Origin: Leptonemataceae bacterium
GTDB lineage: Bacteria; Spirochaetota; Leptospiria; Leptospirales; Leptonemataceae
NCBI GenBank assembly: GCA_965227295.1
Contig: OZ245742.1
Span: 1,760,001 to 1,824,000 of the forward strand
Length of the DNA stretch: 64,000 nucleotides
Reading direction: 5' to 3'
Shown here: piece by piece, positions 19,203 to 29,124 of the stretch
Numbering within the stretch: the first letter of the stretch is position 1
How the letters are laid out: each line of letters opens with the position of its first letter
Made by a program: the position numbers and the translations under genes
The notes under the pieces: generated by a model
The model's input: only the letters and a program-made list of their open reading frames with translations
Databases searched by the model: none
What the model was told of the DNA's origin: nothing

Positions 19203-21116
19203 TCAGGAATGTTCGCGGCGGAGATCGCGAAAGCAAAGCAGCACCCGCACTCCGCCGGACTCGCGTTCGCGCAGGACCAGAAAAGAACGCCGGAAGAAGT
19301 ATTGCAACCGCGAACGAATGTTTCCGAGAGATCGGTTGAAAAGATCCGCCGCCTTCGCACCGCCGAGGCCGCTCCCGTCGTCTTCCACAATCAGCCGGAC
19401 CCACGCACCGCGTCGGCCGGCGTGCACCGTCAGCCGCCCGCGTCCACCGCTCTTCATCCGAAAGCCGTGTTGCAGCGCGTTTTCGACGAGCGGTTGCAGG
19501 CTGATGGGCGGAATGCGAATGTCGCTGAAGTCCCCGTCCCTTGTAAGCTCGAGTTCCAGGCTGCCCTGAAAACGGATGCGATTCAATTCCGTATAGTTTT
19601 TCACGAAGTTCCATTCGTCCTCGAAGGCGATGAGCGATTGATCGGCGAGGTCGATCAAAAAACGATAGTTGTCGGCCAGAGACAGGAGCGCACGCTTTGC
19701 GGCGTCCAGGTTCACGAACATCATGGCATGGATCGTGTTCAGACTGTTGAACAAAAAGTGCGGCGACATGCGATCCTGCAGGGACTTGAGTTTCGCCTCC
19801 TGGAGTTCGCGGCGGGTGGTCTCGAGTTTTTCCGAGAACGTTCGTAGATCGCGACGCACGCTGGTAAGATAGTCCTCGCCCACGAAGAAAACGAAGATCG
19901 CAAACACGAGCAGGCCGAAGTGCAGGAACGATTCGGCTTTGCGGTTTTCGCCGGGTTCCAGAGAGTAGTACAGATCCGGCACGACGCTGGCCGCCAGGAC
20001 CAGGCTGCCGGTAAAGAAGAGATACGCCCGGCTGCCGCCCCGGCGCCAGGCTTCCAGGCCGGAGATCCATACCAGGGTAATCACCACCGCTGTTTGAAGC
20101 ACGAAGAAGACCACCACGAGGGTCATCGCCGCCGTAACGATGTACTGAATGGTGCCGGGGATGCGCAGCAAGAAGAGCGTGATGATCACGATGGGAAAGA
20201 TGTCGGCGACCAGGAACAATTGCCACAGCCGACGGATGATGCGATACGGACCGGCACCGAAGATCTGTTCGTAGAACAACAGCACTCCCACCGGGAGCAA
20301 GATGCCGCCGAAGACCTCGAGCCATCGCCAGGTCATGCCCGGCAGCGGCAGGAGGACGTGCACGATGCGCGTCCAGGCGAGAACGGACACCGCCGCGGAA
20401 AGACACATCACGGCAAAGGCGCCGTAGAGCGCCGGTCGCAGACGCCAGCGCCGAAGATAGAGTCCGCCGGCCACCAGGCCCAGCGTCAAAAAAATGGCAC
20501 CGATCAACAAAGCCGGCGTTTCGGAGAACAGAATGTGCAGCAAGAGATCGTGACGAGAACCCAGGAGCACGTTGCCGTCCACGTTGAACGTACCCTCGTA
20601 CTCTTCCGGTACGTTGCCGCAGATGTAAACGTAGGCGTCGTCTACGTTGGCCGGGAGGCGAATGAGTTCCGGAAAGTAGCTGCGCGGAGCGCTTTCCGAT
20701 ATGTTACCGAAGCGGTCGAGGCCGTTGCGGTAGATGGGCCGTCCGTCGACGAAGATCTCGCCGGCGGCCCCGTCGCCTTCAGCGAAGTAGAGGGCGGGAT
20801 CGCGGAAGGCGTGCTCGGGCAGGGGGACGCGAAACCAGACCTGGGAAACGCCGCCGGGCTTAAAGAGCTCCGAATTTTCACCGACGTTCGTCCACTCCGC
20901 GGCGCGGGCGCGCTCCAGGTCCAGGCGCCCGTCGTCTTCCCGGCGGAGGTGGTCGTCGGGTCGAAACTGCCAGCCCTGCTTCAGCACGACGGGGGGACCG
21001 GCGTTGCCGATCAGGCTGCGACTCCCGCCGTCCCCGCAATGCAGGCCGGGCAGACAGGCCACTAAGATGCAGAAAAGTGCAGTTAGCGGCCCGCGGTTTA
21101 CGAAGAATCGAACCAC
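19203..21116 (-). CDS. LytS-family membrane sensor histidine kinase
   Basis: Periplasmic beta-rich domain, ~7 TM, LKSLQDRMSPHFLFNSLNTI, LQPLVENALQHG. Confidence 0.92.
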   Translation of the reverse strand: MVRFFVNRGPLTALFCILVACLPGLHCGDGGSRSLIGNAGPPVVLKQGWQFRPDDHLRREDDGRLDLERARAAEWTNVGENSELFKPGGVSQVWFRVPLPEHAFRDPALYFAEGDGAAGEIFVDGRPIYRNGLDRFGNISESAPRSYFPELIRLPANVDDAYVYICGNVPEEYEGTFNVDGNVLLGSRHDLLLHILFSETPALLIGAIFLTLGLVAGGLYLRRWRLRPALYGAFAVMCLSAAVSVLAWTRIVHVLLPLPGMTWRWLEVFGGILLPVGVLLFYEQIFGAGPYRIIRRLWQLFLVADIFPIVIITLFLLRIPGTIQYIVTAAMTLVVVFFVLQTAVVITLVWISGLEAWRRGGSRAYLFFTGSLVLAASVVPDLYYSLEPGENRKAESFLHFGLLVFAIFVFFVGEDYLTSVRRDLRTFSEKLETTRRELQEAKLKSLQDRMSPHFLFNSLNTIHAMMFVNLDAAKRALLSLADNYRFLIDLADQSLIAFEDEWNFVKNYTELNRIRFQGSLELELTRDGDFSDIRIPPISLQPLVENALQHGFRMKSGGRGRLTVHAGRRGAWVRLIVEDDGSGLGGAKAADLFNRSLGNIRSRLQYFFRRSFLVLRERESGGVRVLLCFRDLRREHS

Positions 21117-21161
21117 ACACCGCAGATGGCACGACCGCCCTTGCGCGGCTATCGAAAAAAC

Positions 21162-22064
21162 TCAGGTCAGGAATGACGCCAGGTCCGGCGAGATACCGCG
21201 GAGCTTACGCTTGGCCGTATTCTCGATCTGCCGCACGCGTTCTTTGGAAAGGCCGATCATGCCGGCGATCTTTTTCAACGACAGGACCGGTCCGCCGTCC
21301 AATCCGAAGCGCAGTTTAATGATTTTACGCTCGCGATCTTCCAGGCCTTCCATGCTGCGATCGATCTCCCGGCGCAGTTCGTAGTGATCCAGGCGCCGAC
21401 CCGGGGCCTGGGCGCTTTCGTCTTCGAGTTGCTCTACCAGGGAGAAGTCTTCCCCGTCGCCGATGGGGGCATCCAGGGAGGCCGGGCTCCGGCTGATGTT
21501 CATGAGATGGCTGACCTGTTCCGGCCGCATGTCGACGATGTCGGCGATGTTTTCCGGCGAGGTATCGATGCCGTCTTCGTTTTCCAGCATGCGATTGGCC
21601 TCACGAATGCGGCGCAGGTCTGCCGTGCGGTTCAGCGGCAGGCGAATGAGATCGGCCTTCTGCTGGATGGCGTAGCGGATGGCCTGCTTGATCCACCACA
21701 CGGCGTAGCTGACGAAGTGGAAGCCGCGCTCCGGATTGAATTTCTCCGCCGCGCGCATGAGGCCGGTGTTTCCCTCGCTGATGAGGTCCATGAGGTCCAG
21801 GCCCGGGCTCTTGTAACGGCGGGCCACCGTCACCACGAAGCGCAGGTTCGAGCGCACCAGAAGGTCGCGGGCTTCCTGATCCCCGTCCCGGGCGCGCCGC
21901 GCCACTTCCTGCTCTTCCTCGCGGGTGAGCATCGGAATGCGGTGAATTTCTTCCAGGTACTGGTGCAGCGCGGATTTGCTGTTCGGGACCGAGGCTGCCC
22001 TGGATTTTACCGGCCCGGGAGCGTTTTCGCCGGATTTGGGTTTTTTGGTTACAGTGGATGGCAT
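21162..22064 (-). CDS. RpoD/RpoS-like sigma-70 factor lacking region 1.1
   Basis: YLEEI..IPMLTREEE, LVRSNLRFVV, DLISEGNTGL, FVSYAVWWIKQAI, LSKERVRQIE; GGAG RBS before ATG 22064. Confidence 0.93.
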   Translation of the reverse strand: MPSTVTKKPKSGENAPGPVKSRAASVPNSKSALHQYLEEIHRIPMLTREEEQEVARRARDGDQEARDLLVRSNLRFVVTVARRYKSPGLDLMDLISEGNTGLMRAAEKFNPERGFHFVSYAVWWIKQAIRYAIQQKADLIRLPLNRTADLRRIREANRMLENEDGIDTSPENIADIVDMRPEQVSHLMNISRSPASLDAPIGDGEDFSLVEQLEDESAQAPGRRLDHYELRREIDRSMEGLEDRERKIIKLRFGLDGGPVLSLKKIAGMIGLSKERVRQIENTAKRKLRGISPDLASFLT

Positions 22065-22296
22065 AATGATCTCCGGATGATGTATATTTGGATGACGTCG
22101 GCACCGGGAGATTTCAGACAATTTGTCGAATTTTGGGTGTTTCTCAAAAAAAGTGCAGGAATGAATCAAACCTGCTCCAGGGCTACCGCCGCTCTATATT
22201 TAGATTGGGTCTAAATATAGCCGGGCCGGAAAAAATGTCAAGGGAAAAAAGGCAAAACAGGCCAGACTTGTCCAGGGTTTGGCCCTCCGGCACCGC

Positions 22297-24108
22297 ATGA
22301 TTCGACATATCTACCAGGTTCTTGCCGGATATCTCCTCCAATTGCGGGGTCTGTACCGGAGAGAGCTGCATCCTATCCTTTCTCCCGCCTACGCCATTGC
22401 CGCGGCCCTCGGCGTCGCGGTGTTCGTCTATGAGCAGGGATTCTTCCCGGCGGTGGGTTCCGAGGCCCTCCATACTCGCGTCCTGATCGTCCTGTTTCGC
22501 GGAATCATTGCTTATCTCTACGTCTACGAGGCCCTGTCCTACAGCCTGGCCTTTGAGGGAGGCTGGCGGGCCCGGGTCCGCAGCCGCCGACTGCAACTGG
22601 CAATTCTGGTGCTGGTCCCGTTGGTCCATGTCTACCGGGAGACGGTCTTCGCCTTTCTGGGGTTCCCCACGGCCGGCTCTTATTTCTTCGCTCTCCGGGT
22701 GGGCCTCTGCCTGCTTCTGTTCGGGGCCGCGGCGCATCTGCTCCGCCGGCTGCGCTTCATGGAGCTCGGGCGCCTGAATCCTTCGCTGGTCTTTCTCTTA
22801 AGTTTCGCCGGTGTGATCTTAGCCGGTTTCCTGCTGCTGTCCCTGCCGCGCCTGCATACGTCCGCGCTGGCCTCGGTGGACGCCCTGTTCATAGCGGTGA
22901 GCGCCGTCTGTGTAACCGGGCTGACGACCGTGGATATCAACGAGGCGTTCACTTTCTCGGGGCAGGTTGTGGTCCTGGTTCTGATACAGATCGGCGGTCT
23001 GGGTCTCATGACTCTGACCACTTTCTTCGCCTACTTTCTCACGGGACGAGCCTCAGTGAGCACGCGGTTGTTGATGAGCGATTTGTTCAGCGAAGAGAGC
23101 GTCGGCCGGGTGAAGACCATCGTGAAGAACATCGGCCTCGTGACTCTGGCCATCGAAGCCGCGGGTGCCGTCCTGCTTTATGTTTCCATGCCGTCTTCGT
23201 TGTACAGCGAGCCCGGGCAACGCATGTTCCAGGCGATCTTTCAGGCTGTTTCGGCTTTCTGCAACGCCGGTTTTTCGTTGCATGCGGCTTCCCTCGGTCC
23301 GGCCGTCTTCGAACCCGCCTCGGGTCAGTTGTATGTCAGCGTGCACATGCTGCTGATCGTGCTCGGCGGGCTCGGGTTTCCGGTCATCGTGGAACTGGCG
23401 CGCCTGGCGCTGGAACGCAAGAATCCGTACGCGCGCCTGGCCCTGTCCACGCGGTTGGTGTTGGTGGTGAACGCCGCACTCTGGTCGGTCGGGGCCGTGG
23501 GCTATCTGTTGCTCGAACACGAACATACCCTGGGCAGCCTGGCCTGGGGCGATCGGTTGTGGCACTCTCTGTTTTACAGCGTGACCATGCGTACGGCCGG
23601 CTTTAATACGTTGCCGGTATCCGAGGTCGGCGCCGCCACGGCGTTCTTTACATTGCTGTTTATGTGGATCGGCGCGTCGCCCATGTCGACGGGCGGCGGC
23701 ATCAAGACCACGACCTTCGGCCTCGCCGTGCTGCACATTCTGGACGTCGTGCAGGGCAAAGGACGGGTCGAGGTCTTTCACAAGACCGTCGGTTCCGCGA
23801 GCGTGAATCGCGCCTTCGCCGTCGTCGTGCTTTCGCTCACGTTCATTTTCGCCGGCGTCTTTCTGCTGGTGATGATCGAACCGTTTCCGTTTCTCGACAT
23901 TGCCTTTGAGACCGTGTCGGCCTTCGGTACGGTGGGGCTTTCGCGCGGCATCACCACGGAACTCAGCACCGCGGGCAAACTCATTCTCTGCGTGTTGATG
24001 TTGTGCGGGCGCGTCGGCGTGCTCAGCGTGTTGATCGCGCTGACACCGAAAGAAGGGCGCGCCGGTCGCACTTATCGTTATCCCGAGGAACATGTCGTGG
24101 TCGGCTGA
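22297..24108 (+). CDS. TrkH/KtrB potassium uptake membrane subunit
   Basis: SAVCVTGL, IQIGGLG, SAFCNAGF, RTAGFN, STGGGIK, SAFGTVGLSRG. Confidence 0.93.
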   Translation: MIRHIYQVLAGYLLQLRGLYRRELHPILSPAYAIAAALGVAVFVYEQGFFPAVGSEALHTRVLIVLFRGIIAYLYVYEALSYSLAFEGGWRARVRSRRLQLAILVLVPLVHVYRETVFAFLGFPTAGSYFFALRVGLCLLLFGAAAHLLRRLRFMELGRLNPSLVFLLSFAGVILAGFLLLSLPRLHTSALASVDALFIAVSAVCVTGLTTVDINEAFTFSGQVVVLVLIQIGGLGLMTLTTFFAYFLTGRASVSTRLLMSDLFSEESVGRVKTIVKNIGLVTLAIEAAGAVLLYVSMPSSLYSEPGQRMFQAIFQAVSAFCNAGFSLHAASLGPAVFEPASGQLYVSVHMLLIVLGGLGFPVIVELARLALERKNPYARLALSTRLVLVVNAALWSVGAVGYLLLEHEHTLGSLAWGDRLWHSLFYSVTMRTAGFNTLPVSEVGAATAFFTLLFMWIGASPMSTGGGIKTTTFGLAVLHILDVVQGKGRVEVFHKTVGSASVNRAFAVVVLSLTFIFAGVFLLVMIEPFPFLDIAFETVSAFGTVGLSRGITTELSTAGKLILCVLMLCGRVGVLSVLIALTPKEGRAGRTYRYPEEHVVVG

Positions 24109-24143
24109 GGTCCGGCCGCTTTACTTTAGAAGGAGCAAACATT

Positions 24144-24827
24144 ATGGCGCGACGAAGATTTGCAGTCATCGGCCTGGGGGAGTTCGGTACCATACTCACC
24201 CGCGGGCTCTTCGAAGCGGGGCACGAGGTCCTCGCCATCGACAATGATATGAACAACGTCGAGGCGGCCTCCACGTACTCGACTCACGCCGTGCAGTTGG
24301 ACGCCTGCGATGAAAACGCTCTGCACACGCAGGAACTGGAGGACATGGACGCCGTCATCATTGCCATCACCGAGTTCGAAAGCCTGATTACGAGCGCGGA
24401 CATCGTGCGCAAGGTCGAGGGGCCGCGCATCCTCGCGCGCTATCAGACCGGCCTCGAACGTAAAATCTTACACATGCTCGGTATTGCCGATACGTTCAAT
24501 CCCGACGAAGAAGCGGCGCGCAATCTCGTGGAACAACTGTCCAATCCCGGCTTTCATACGAGCCGGGTCCTGGAAGAGGATTACAACATCATGGAACTTC
24601 GCGCGCCGAAGTCTATGGCCGGTCAGAGCCTCGAAACCTGCGGCCTGCGCCGGAAGTACAACCTGAACCTGGTGACCATCAAGCGTCGGAAAGAATCCGA
24701 AGACGACGAGGTGCAGCAGAAAATCCTGGGCGTGCCCTACGGAGACACCGTCATCGAAGAAGGAGATACCCTGGTGCTCTTTGGTCGCAAGGCACATCTG
24801 GAAAACTTTGTGGATGATACGACTTAG
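24144..24827 (+). CDS. TrkA/KtrA RCK regulatory subunit
   Basis: FAVIGLGEFG, GHEVLAID, C-terminal RCK-C; AAGGAG RBS. Confidence 0.92.
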   Translation: MARRRFAVIGLGEFGTILTRGLFEAGHEVLAIDNDMNNVEAASTYSTHAVQLDACDENALHTQELEDMDAVIIAITEFESLITSADIVRKVEGPRILARYQTGLERKILHMLGIADTFNPDEEAARNLVEQLSNPGFHTSRVLEEDYNIMELRAPKSMAGQSLETCGLRRKYNLNLVTIKRRKESEDDEVQQKILGVPYGDTVIEEGDTLVLFGRKAHLENFVDDTT

Positions 24828-24829
24828 AG

Positions 24830-26659
24830 TCAGTCGTTTACTTCGTGCGCGCTGATGCTCTCCGCGTCGAGGTGAATGACGATCTGCCCCGGCTTCGGTT
24901 CGATGACGGTATCCTCGGCAACGACCAGAAGCTGTTTGTCCTCCCCCGGCGTCAGGACGAACAACGGCATGACGTTTTCGGGGCCGTGGTGTTCCAGGAG
25001 TCGTGAGTACGGATACTTCTCGGTGATCGGTGTCGCGTGGATTTGCGCGCCGTCGCGCAACGCGGCGATCAACTGTTCGTGGGTGGCGTGAGCCGAAAAC
25101 AGCCGGCGGCCGTGGAGTTCCGAAGAAAGTCGGCGCGGGCCGGGCCGGCTTTCCGGTTCTTCGGAGAAGGGCAATTGGTAGACGGAGTGTTTGCCGAAGC
25201 TTTTCTCGAAGTTCAGTGCGGCGAGAGCGTTGACCTCCCGGTTCGGCGTCATCGCTAACATACGGCCGATACCGGTTAAGTCCAGTTCGTCGCCGGCTTC
25301 TTCGGCCAGGGCGCTGCCGTGATGAGCGCGCAGTCCGTCCAGGTGCGCCCGGGTAATGTTCTCGCGGTTTGTGTCGGTCAACAGAACGGCAAAGTCGTTC
25401 TCTTTGAGAACGCGTCCGAGTCTGCGAGCGACGATGTCGGCGCCGATGATCAAACATCCCTGGGGGTCCGCGTCGGCGATGCGCAGGCGTCGCGCCAGGG
25501 GCAGCGCGCCCAGGCCGTAGACCAGGATCGTTCCCACAATCACGAAAAAGATGATCGGGGCCAGGCGATCGGCACCCTCTACGCCGCGTTCGGCGAGTTC
25601 CAGGGCAAAGAGCGAGGCCACCGCGGCGGCGACGATTCCCCGGGGCGCCATCATCGCCAGGAAGAAACGCTCCCGCCAGTTGAGTTCGGCGCGGACTGTC
25701 GAGAGCAGGATTGCCGCGGGGCGCACGAGCAGGATCAGAGCCGCCAGGAACAGCGCCGCCCGGAAGTCGATGGCTGCCAGGTCCGTAACCTCAAGGCGCG
25801 CGCTCAGAATAATGAATAACGATGAGAGCAAAATTACGCGCAGGTTTTCTTTGAATTCGATGATGTGATGCACGCGGACCCGGGACTGATTCGCTAACAA
25901 TATACCCATCAAAGTTACGGTGAAGAGACCGCTCTCGGCCTGGAGCAGGTTCGAGACACCGAAGACGCCGACGACCACGGCCACGGTAACCGGGTTTTGC
26001 AGAGACTCCGGCAGGAGGCGTCGTTTCAGGGCGAATACGATGACGGCCGCGCCGCCGGCCGCGAGCAGGCCGCCCAGAAAGAGCGTCTTTGCCAGGCCTT
26101 CCAGAGCCAGAACGGTAATCTCATTCACGCCGGAGGCGTAGAGGCTCTCGTAGACCAGGACCGCCAGCAGGGCGCCGATGGGATCATTGAGAATGCCTTC
26201 CCACTTCAGAACCGCGTTGATGCGACCGGCCGGGCGCACCAGACGCAGGATCGGCAGAATGACCGTGGGGCCGGTGACGACCAGGACCGCGCCGGTGAGC
26301 ACGGACAGGGCAAAGCCGAATTCCAGCAAGTAGTACGCCGCCGCCGTGCCGCCGCCCCAGGCAATGAGGGCGCCGACGCTCACTAAGTTGCGAACAGTAG
26401 AGGCTACGGAGCGGATCTCTCGCCAGCGCAGCGTAAGGCCGCCTTCGAAGAGAATGATCGCCACCGACAGGCTGACCAGCGGAAAGAGCAGGTCGCCCAG
26501 GAGTTCGTCCGGGTTCACCAAACCCGTGCCCGGCCCCAGGATCAAGCCCGCGGCGAGCAGGAAGAGAATGGAAGGGATGCGCAGGACCCAGGCGGCCCAA
26601 CTGGCGGTAATGCCGATGATGATGATTAAAGCGATGCCGATTAACTGATGTTCGTGCAA
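24830..26659 (-). CDS. CPA1 (NhaP-type) cation/H+ antiporter with C-terminal NAD-binding (RCK-like) domain
   Basis: ILFEGGL, VTGPTVI, WEGILNDPIG, APRGIVAAA. Confidence 0.92.
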   Translation of the reverse strand: MHEHQLIGIALIIIIGITASWAAWVLRIPSILFLLAAGLILGPGTGLVNPDELLGDLLFPLVSLSVAIILFEGGLTLRWREIRSVASTVRNLVSVGALIAWGGGTAAAYYLLEFGFALSVLTGAVLVVTGPTVILPILRLVRPAGRINAVLKWEGILNDPIGALLAVLVYESLYASGVNEITVLALEGLAKTLFLGGLLAAGGAAVIVFALKRRLLPESLQNPVTVAVVVGVFGVSNLLQAESGLFTVTLMGILLANQSRVRVHHIIEFKENLRVILLSSLFIILSARLEVTDLAAIDFRAALFLAALILLVRPAAILLSTVRAELNWRERFFLAMMAPRGIVAAAVASLFALELAERGVEGADRLAPIIFFVIVGTILVYGLGALPLARRLRIADADPQGCLIIGADIVARRLGRVLKENDFAVLLTDTNRENITRAHLDGLRAHHGSALAEEAGDELDLTGIGRMLAMTPNREVNALAALNFEKSFGKHSVYQLPFSEEPESRPGPRRLSSELHGRRLFSAHATHEQLIAALRDGAQIHATPITEKYPYSRLLEHHGPENVMPLFVLTPGEDKQLLVVAEDTVIEPKPGQIVIHLDAESISAHEVND

Positions 26660-26688
26660 GATTAACTCCGGATGCGTTCAGGTTACGC

Positions 26689-29124
26689 TTATTCCTTGTT
26701 GCCTTCGACGTTCTGGGTGAAGAGATGCACGTCCCGCTGGGGAAAGGGAATCGTAATGCCCGCCGCGTTGATCTCTCGAAGAATTGCTAAGTGCAACTCA
26801 CTTTCTGTTAACAGGCGCCGGTCGAAGTTCGCCGTCCACGCCAGAAGGCGGTAGTCCAGAGAGCTGTCCCCGAAGCCCAGAAACAGGGCCGCGGGCTCCG
26901 GATGATCCAGGATGAACTCGTGTTCCCGGGCGACCCGCCGGAGAATGTCCAGCACCGGTTCCGGGGGCGTGCCGTAGGCGACGCCGACGTTGACCTCCAG
27001 GCGTCGTTTGTGATCGGTGAGGGTCCAGTTCGTCAGCTTTTCCGAAATCAGGTGTGCGTTCGGTACGATGACCTCGGAGCCGTCGATGATGCGAATGCGC
27101 GACGCCCGCAGACCGATGCGCCGGACCTCGCCCATTAGATCGCCGACGAGGACGTAGTCGCCGATCTGTACCGGACGTTCGAGGAGCAGGATCAGTCCCG
27201 ATACGAAATTGTTTACGATATTCTGCAGGCCGAAACCGATACCGACGCCCAGGGCGCCCGCCACGAGGGCAAGTTTGCTCAGATCGAAACCGGCCCCCAG
27301 TAGAGCCACGGTGAGGCCGATCAGCAAAATGGAATAGTGCGTGATGCTGGAAATGGCGTAGGGTACGCCGCGACCCATGTCCGCACGGGTGTAGACGTCC
27401 TCGCGCAGAAAGGCGCGCACGAAGCGTGAGACGAAGAACGAGGCGGTGATCGTGCCGGCGAAGAGCGCGAGGTCTCCTAATGTAATGCGCAGTGAACCTA
27501 AGCTGATGCCCGCGGCGAAGACGGAAGCCAGTAGTTCCAGGACCGCATCGTAGAGACCCATGGATTCCAGCACCGCGGCGATCCACCAGAGCAATCCCGC
27601 CAGGGCGAACAGGCGTTCGCCGCCGCGTTCGATTTCTTCCGAGCGATGGTCGACGAAGTTGATCGTACGCAGGCGCGGGAGTTTCACGATGCCTGCCAGG
27701 AACGACTCCGCCGTTCGCACGCCGGCATAACCGATGTAGGCCAGCTCCAGGGCCGCGATCAGATTCGAACCGATCACCGTGGACAGACTGCGATAGCCGA
27801 TCATGTAGGCCGCCGACGCGAGCAGCAGGACCAACGCCGGAAGCTCCGCCACGCGCAGGGCGCGGTTCCGACCCGGCGCGGTGGGTTGCTCTTCGTTGCG
27901 CAATTCCGAGAAGCGTTCGCGGCGAATCACCCCGTACAAAAACAGCGCAAGCAGCACTTCCACGGTCGGTGCCAGGGCGTGTGTCGGCCCGCCGATGAGG
28001 CGCAGGCGATAGAGGGCGACCAGGACGAGCAGTCCCGCGGCGGGAAGGCGCAGGCGCGGAGCGGCCCAGAGCAAAGGCAATGCGGCCAGCATGGCGGCGA
28101 AGCGCAAAGTGATCGGATCGGCGCCGGGATAGATGTAGGGAGCCCAGGCGACGGCGATGAAGATCGCTCCGGCAATCAGCGGCTCATCGCACTGCGTGCG
28201 GCGCCGGAGCAGCCCGGCGATGATGAGTACGAAAATCAGCACGAGCAGATGACGCAGCAGCAAAGGCCAGGTGAGACCGGTCAGCGCCGCGGACAGGTAA
28301 TTCCAGGCGGTTTCTAATTCAGGCAGCTCCGCCACTTTGCCCGCGGGGGCCCAGAACTCGGGCGTCCACACCGGCGCCGCGTCGCGCCGAAGCAGACGAT
28401 CAAAGCGACGGCGCTGGGCGTTCTCCACGGATTCCAGCGCATCTTCTACGGCTTCGTTCAGTTCCGGGATGCGGCCCTGCAGGGCGAGCAAGGACTGCCG
28501 CCGCTCGCGCAGGTCTGCGTTGCGTTCGCGAATCTTGCGCAGGGCTTCGAGAATGATGGCGGGCAGGGCCGGCTCACCCACCGCCGCGCGACGGGTCTTC
28601 TCCCAGCGCTCGCGCTCTTGCTCCAGAGCGGTGCGGGCATCGTCGATGGCCTGGAGCCGATTGCTCAGATTGCGGGAGACCCGGGCCAGCCGGCGGCGGT
28701 AACTTCGCCAGCGTTTCTCCCGGGCCTGTAGTTCCTCCAGGGAGTCGGAGGTTGCCGGGAGCGCGCCGGAAGCATCCTTGTGCTCCAGCTCCGTGTGGCG
28801 ACGACGGATTTCCAGGGCCAGGTCGTCGAGGTCCGCCTCGAAACCTTCGAGATCGTCGGCCGGCGGAAGCGGGCGCATGATGCGATCCAGATGCTCTCCG
28901 AGGCGCCCGGCTTCTTCGGCGGCGATCGAGAGCGGAATCGCTTCCGCCGCCTCAGTGTCTTCCGGGGCCTCCGCGTTCTCCTGGGCATACGTCGATCGGG
29001 GCAGAATAACGAACGTACAAAAAATGAGTGCCAGAATTGATTTTAGAATTCGATCGCGGCGCGCCTCCTGGATGGAAGGCGCCGATATCGGTACTCTGGA
29101 ATCGGAGGCATAATATGAATTCAT
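26689..29124 (-). CDS. Large MscS/MscK-type mechanosensitive channel (start uncertain)
   Basis: Periplasmic coiled coil, TMs, GALGVGIGFGLQNIVNNFVSGLILLLERP, VIVPN, IPFPQRDVH. Confidence 0.9.
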   Translation of the reverse strand: MNSYYASDSRVPISAPSIQEARRDRILKSILALIFCTFVILPRSTYAQENAEAPEDTEAAEAIPLSIAAEEAGRLGEHLDRIMRPLPPADDLEGFEADLDDLALEIRRRHTELEHKDASGALPATSDSLEELQAREKRWRSYRRRLARVSRNLSNRLQAIDDARTALEQERERWEKTRRAAVGEPALPAIILEALRKIRERNADLRERRQSLLALQGRIPELNEAVEDALESVENAQRRRFDRLLRRDAAPVWTPEFWAPAGKVAELPELETAWNYLSAALTGLTWPLLLRHLLVLIFVLIIAGLLRRRTQCDEPLIAGAIFIAVAWAPYIYPGADPITLRFAAMLAALPLLWAAPRLRLPAAGLLVLVALYRLRLIGGPTHALAPTVEVLLALFLYGVIRRERFSELRNEEQPTAPGRNRALRVAELPALVLLLASAAYMIGYRSLSTVIGSNLIAALELAYIGYAGVRTAESFLAGIVKLPRLRTINFVDHRSEEIERGGERLFALAGLLWWIAAVLESMGLYDAVLELLASVFAAGISLGSLRITLGDLALFAGTITASFFVSRFVRAFLREDVYTRADMGRGVPYAISSITHYSILLIGLTVALLGAGFDLSKLALVAGALGVGIGFGLQNIVNNFVSGLILLLERPVQIGDYVLVGDLMGEVRRIGLRASRIRIIDGSEVIVPNAHLISEKLTNWTLTDHKRRLEVNVGVAYGTPPEPVLDILRRVAREHEFILDHPEPAALFLGFGDSSLDYRLLAWTANFDRRLLTESELHLAILREINAAGITIPFPQRDVHLFTQNVEGNKE

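Noticed and set aside
19920-21065. Long antisense ORFs (also 23053-24093, 29544-30794, 38161-39126, 44859-45908)
   Set aside because: Shadows of well-supported genes, expected in high-GC DNA; no recognisable motifs
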